Assembly (NCBI GenBank): GCA_036679065.1 | Contig: JAZIGN010000001.1 | Span: forward strand, 1 to 64,000 | DNA: 64,000 bases | Direction: 5' to 3' | From: Coprothermobacterota bacterium | GTDB lineage: Bacteria; Coprothermobacterota; Coprothermobacteria; Coprothermobacterales; Coprothermobacteraceae | The notes under the pieces: generated by a model | Databases searched by the model: none | What the model was told of the DNA's origin: nothing | The model's input: the letters and a program-made list of their open reading frames with translations, nothing else | Translations under genes and position numbers: made by a program | Shown here: positions 61,543 to 64,000 of the stretch, piece after piece | How the letters are laid out: each line of letters starts with the position of its first letter | Position numbering within the stretch: the stretch's first letter is position 1

Positions 61543-62481
61543 GTGAAAGACAGCTTTGGCAGGGAAATAAACTATCTTAGAATCTCTGTAACTGACCGCT
61601 GCAATTTTGACTGTTTGTATTGCAGCCATCCAGTAGAAATGCTGCCCAGGGAAAGAGTACTTCGTTTTGAAGACATCGTCGTTTTGGTACAGGCAGTCAA
61701 GGAGCTTGGCATAAAGAAGGTCAGATTGACTGGCGGTGAGCCACTGCTGCGCAGAGACATTGATAAACTAGTTGCCATGCTTCACGAGTTGGATGTAACA
61801 GTACACACAACAACCAACGGTTTCATGCTAGCGCGTTTAGCCGAGCCTCTAAAAGAAGCAGGTTTAGATGGTTTAAATGTGAGCTTGGATTTTGTTGATG
61901 CTGAGAAATTCCGTCAAATCACTGGTGGTGGTGATTTAGCAACAGTTGTGCAGGGAATTGATAAAGCACTCGAGGTTGGTCTGCCTGTAAAATTGAACGC
62001 TGTTTTTACTACCATGCACGAAACCAAGGATTTAAAAGAACTGTTGAATTTTGGTAAAGAACGCAATCTGCCTATACGTTTTATTGAGCTCATGCCGAAG
62101 AATCTCGGTTCATTTTCTTCTCTTTTTAGGCCAATTGGTGATGCTCAAAGTATGATTGAGAGTTTTACCCAGCTAAGGCCCGTAGGTACTAATGCGGTCA
62201 GTGGTGGTCCAGCTGAGTATTATCTGACCGATGACGGTGTGGAAGTTGGCTTTATTGGATTTTTCAGCCTGAACCAATGCAAACAGTGCAACCGCATTCG
62301 CGTTACCAGTAGCGGCGCCATTTATCCTTGCCTATTACGGAATGTTAAAGTTGAAGCTTTCGAGAGCATTAAGCAGGGCAAAGAAGCCACAAAAGAGGCT
62401 CTACTTAAAGCTGTTTCTATTAAGCCTGTGGCAGGTAATCCTGAGGAAGTTGGGCCTGACATGTCTGAGATTGGTGGTTAA
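61543..62481 (+). CDS. moaA: GTP 3',8-cyclase MoaA
   Basis: DSFGR.INYLRISVTDRCNFDCLYC, RFIELMP, CKQCNRIR...CL, MSEIGG terminus. Confidence 0.96.
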   Translation: MKDSFGREINYLRISVTDRCNFDCLYCSHPVEMLPRERVLRFEDIVVLVQAVKELGIKKVRLTGGEPLLRRDIDKLVAMLHELDVTVHTTTNGFMLARLAEPLKEAGLDGLNVSLDFVDAEKFRQITGGGDLATVVQGIDKALEVGLPVKLNAVFTTMHETKDLKELLNFGKERNLPIRFIELMPKNLGSFSSLFRPIGDAQSMIESFTQLRPVGTNAVSGGPAEYYLTDDGVEVGFIGFFSLNQCKQCNRIRVTSSGAIYPCLLRNVKVEAFESIKQGKEATKEALLKAVSIKPVAGNPEEVGPDMSEIGG

Positions 62482-62527
62482 AAAGGAATGTTTGTAAAGA
62501 TTAGTAGCAATATGATGAAATGAGGAC

Positions 62528-63793
62528 ATGGAAACGGATATGCTAGATGCCTATGAACGCATTAGCGAGGAACTAAACCAAGCTCCATGGTTTGGCCGCA
62601 CGCCAGACCTTACACGCATGGATGCTCTGCTGGATGAACTGGGTTTACCCCAAGCTAACACAAAGAACATCATCGTAACAGGTACTGACGGCAAGGGTAG
62701 TGTGTGCAGCTACCTGCATTCCATTTTGGGCAGGCGCTACAAAGTGGGACGATTCATATCGCCTCATTTGGAAGAGTGGACTGAACGTATAACCGTGGGA
62801 AAAGATGACATTTCCAGAGAGGATTTTGCACGGCTCTATGTTAAAGTCATGGAAGGAGCCAAAAAAGCTTGTCGTGTCAGTGGTGAGATGCCTACTGTTT
62901 TTGAGCGCTTGCTTGCCATGGCACTGCTTTACTTTGAAGAACAGGGCACTGAGTGGAACGTCATAGAAGTAGGCATTGAAGGGCGCTACGATTCCACAAA
63001 CTTGCTACCTGCCAAAGCCGTGGTGGTCACTTCAGTAGGTATGGACCATATGAGATTACTTGGTAACACCATTGAAGAGATTGCAGACGCTATTTCTGCC
63101 GCATTTCGTCCCCATGCAGTTGCTGTAATAGGTAAAACTGACCCTGCGGCCATGAACATACTGGAAGTGAACGCAAGAAGGAAAAAAGCTACTGTTTACC
63201 GGTACGGTAGAGACTTTTGGTACGATGGGAAGTTTCTCAGTTACTCAGGTAGCTTGGACTTTCAACTTGCTCTTAGGGGCGTTCACCAGTGGTACAACGC
63301 TTCAGCTGCCATACAAACAGTGCTGGCGCTGTCAGGTACCGAGCTTAACAACATCGACGCTTCAGATATCCAAGAAGGGCTTCGAGAAGCCTTTTGGCCA
63401 GGCAGGATGGAGACTGTAAGGGAGAATCCTCTAATTATCTTGGATGGTGCACACAATCCTCATGCTGCACAGTCGCTGAGAACTTCTTTAGACTTGCTGT
63501 ATCCCGGTAAGAAATGGAACATCTTTTTCGCTGCCATGAAAGATAAGGATTGGAGATCAGTACTAACACAGTTTCTGGATTTGGCTAACCATGTTTACGT
63601 AGTTAGAATGCCCTATGAGAGGGCGGAAAGTCCTGAAACCATCGTGGAGTTCTTGAAAGAAAAAGGTACATCGTCTTCAGTGTGCGAAGAGCAGGATGTA
63701 ATCAAATGCGATGAAGACGCTTTGGTCTTCGGTTCCCTGTATTTGGTGGGTGATGTTAGGAGGTTAACGAGAAATGCGGTTCACTCATTTTGA
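62528..63793 (+). CDS. folC: FolC-family (folylpolyglutamate/dihydrofolate synthase-like) ligase, divergent
   Basis: VTGTDGKGS, SPHL...ERI, EVG..GRYDSTN, DH...LGNT, WPGRME, LDGAHN, FGSLYLVG. Confidence 0.85.
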   Translation: METDMLDAYERISEELNQAPWFGRTPDLTRMDALLDELGLPQANTKNIIVTGTDGKGSVCSYLHSILGRRYKVGRFISPHLEEWTERITVGKDDISREDFARLYVKVMEGAKKACRVSGEMPTVFERLLAMALLYFEEQGTEWNVIEVGIEGRYDSTNLLPAKAVVVTSVGMDHMRLLGNTIEEIADAISAAFRPHAVAVIGKTDPAAMNILEVNARRKKATVYRYGRDFWYDGKFLSYSGSLDFQLALRGVHQWYNASAAIQTVLALSGTELNNIDASDIQEGLREAFWPGRMETVRENPLIILDGAHNPHAAQSLRTSLDLLYPGKKWNIFFAAMKDKDWRSVLTQFLDLANHVYVVRMPYERAESPETIVEFLKEKGTSSSVCEEQDVIKCDEDALVFGSLYLVGDVRRLTRNAVHSF

Positions 63794-64000
63794 AAATGGT
63801 CAAGCCATCATGGTTAACATTGGTGAGAAGTCATTATCTCACCGTGTAACAAAGGCTGTCTTATTTGGTACTCGTCTTAGTGTACCTTTGGCAAGGAAAG
63901 CCATGACTCTTACGCATGAATTCATACCCATGGCACATCCGTTACCTATTGCACCACTTAATTCCTCGTTTAAACGCAAAGCACAGGTAATTGAAGTGCA
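63774..64000 (+). CDS. moaC: MoaC-like cyclic pyranopterin monophosphate synthase (5' part, runs off the window)
   Basis: Own translation: MRFTHFENGQAIMVNIGEK...THEFIPMAHPLPI; AGGAGGT SD; absent from the ORF track. Confidence 0.75.
   Translation, partial: MRFTHFENGQAIMVNIGEKSLSHRVTKAVLFGTRLSVPLARKAMTLTHEFIPMAHPLPIAPLNSSFKRKAQVIEV

Overview
A gene-dense housekeeping window from an anaerobic, probably thermophilic bacterium. Gene content and protein style suggest Coprothermobacter or a relative; this is inference, not checked. Contents in order: rpmF-plsX-acpP-radical SAM-ftsY-suhB, tRNA-Gln, a class II ribonucleotide reductase, a rex-DUF2148-mre11-rad50-nurA-herA operon, rdgB-valS-AmmeMemoRadiSam, mreBCD-mrdA-minCDE-rodA, a membrane pyrophosphatase, RNase P RNA, rsfS-nadD-obg-rpmA-rplU, tRNA-Ser, plsY, a CtpA protease, an amino-acid ABC operon with two frameshifts, phoBR-phoU, a sirtuin, surE, trmB, a rhomboid/ClpP-class protease pair, an F-type ATP synthase with a b-delta-like fusion, and a moeA-moeA2-moaA-folC-moaC cluster. 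I saw no CRISPR array, IS element or prophage. The most unusual observations are: (1) a complete archaeal-style four-gene DNA end-resection operon headed by Rex; (2) a divergent FolC-like ligase and a shortened MoaC inside the molybdopterin operon; (3) the rsfS reading frame running about 70 nt into RNase P RNA and containing its promoter; (4) a recurring -10 box 6-7 nt before SD-less start codons, suggesting leaderless mRNAs; (5) an N-ATPase-like b subunit in canonical atp gene order; (6) an unannotated ~160-nt hairpin and a short-chain dehydrogenase relic in intergenic DNA. All product calls rest on motif recognition only.
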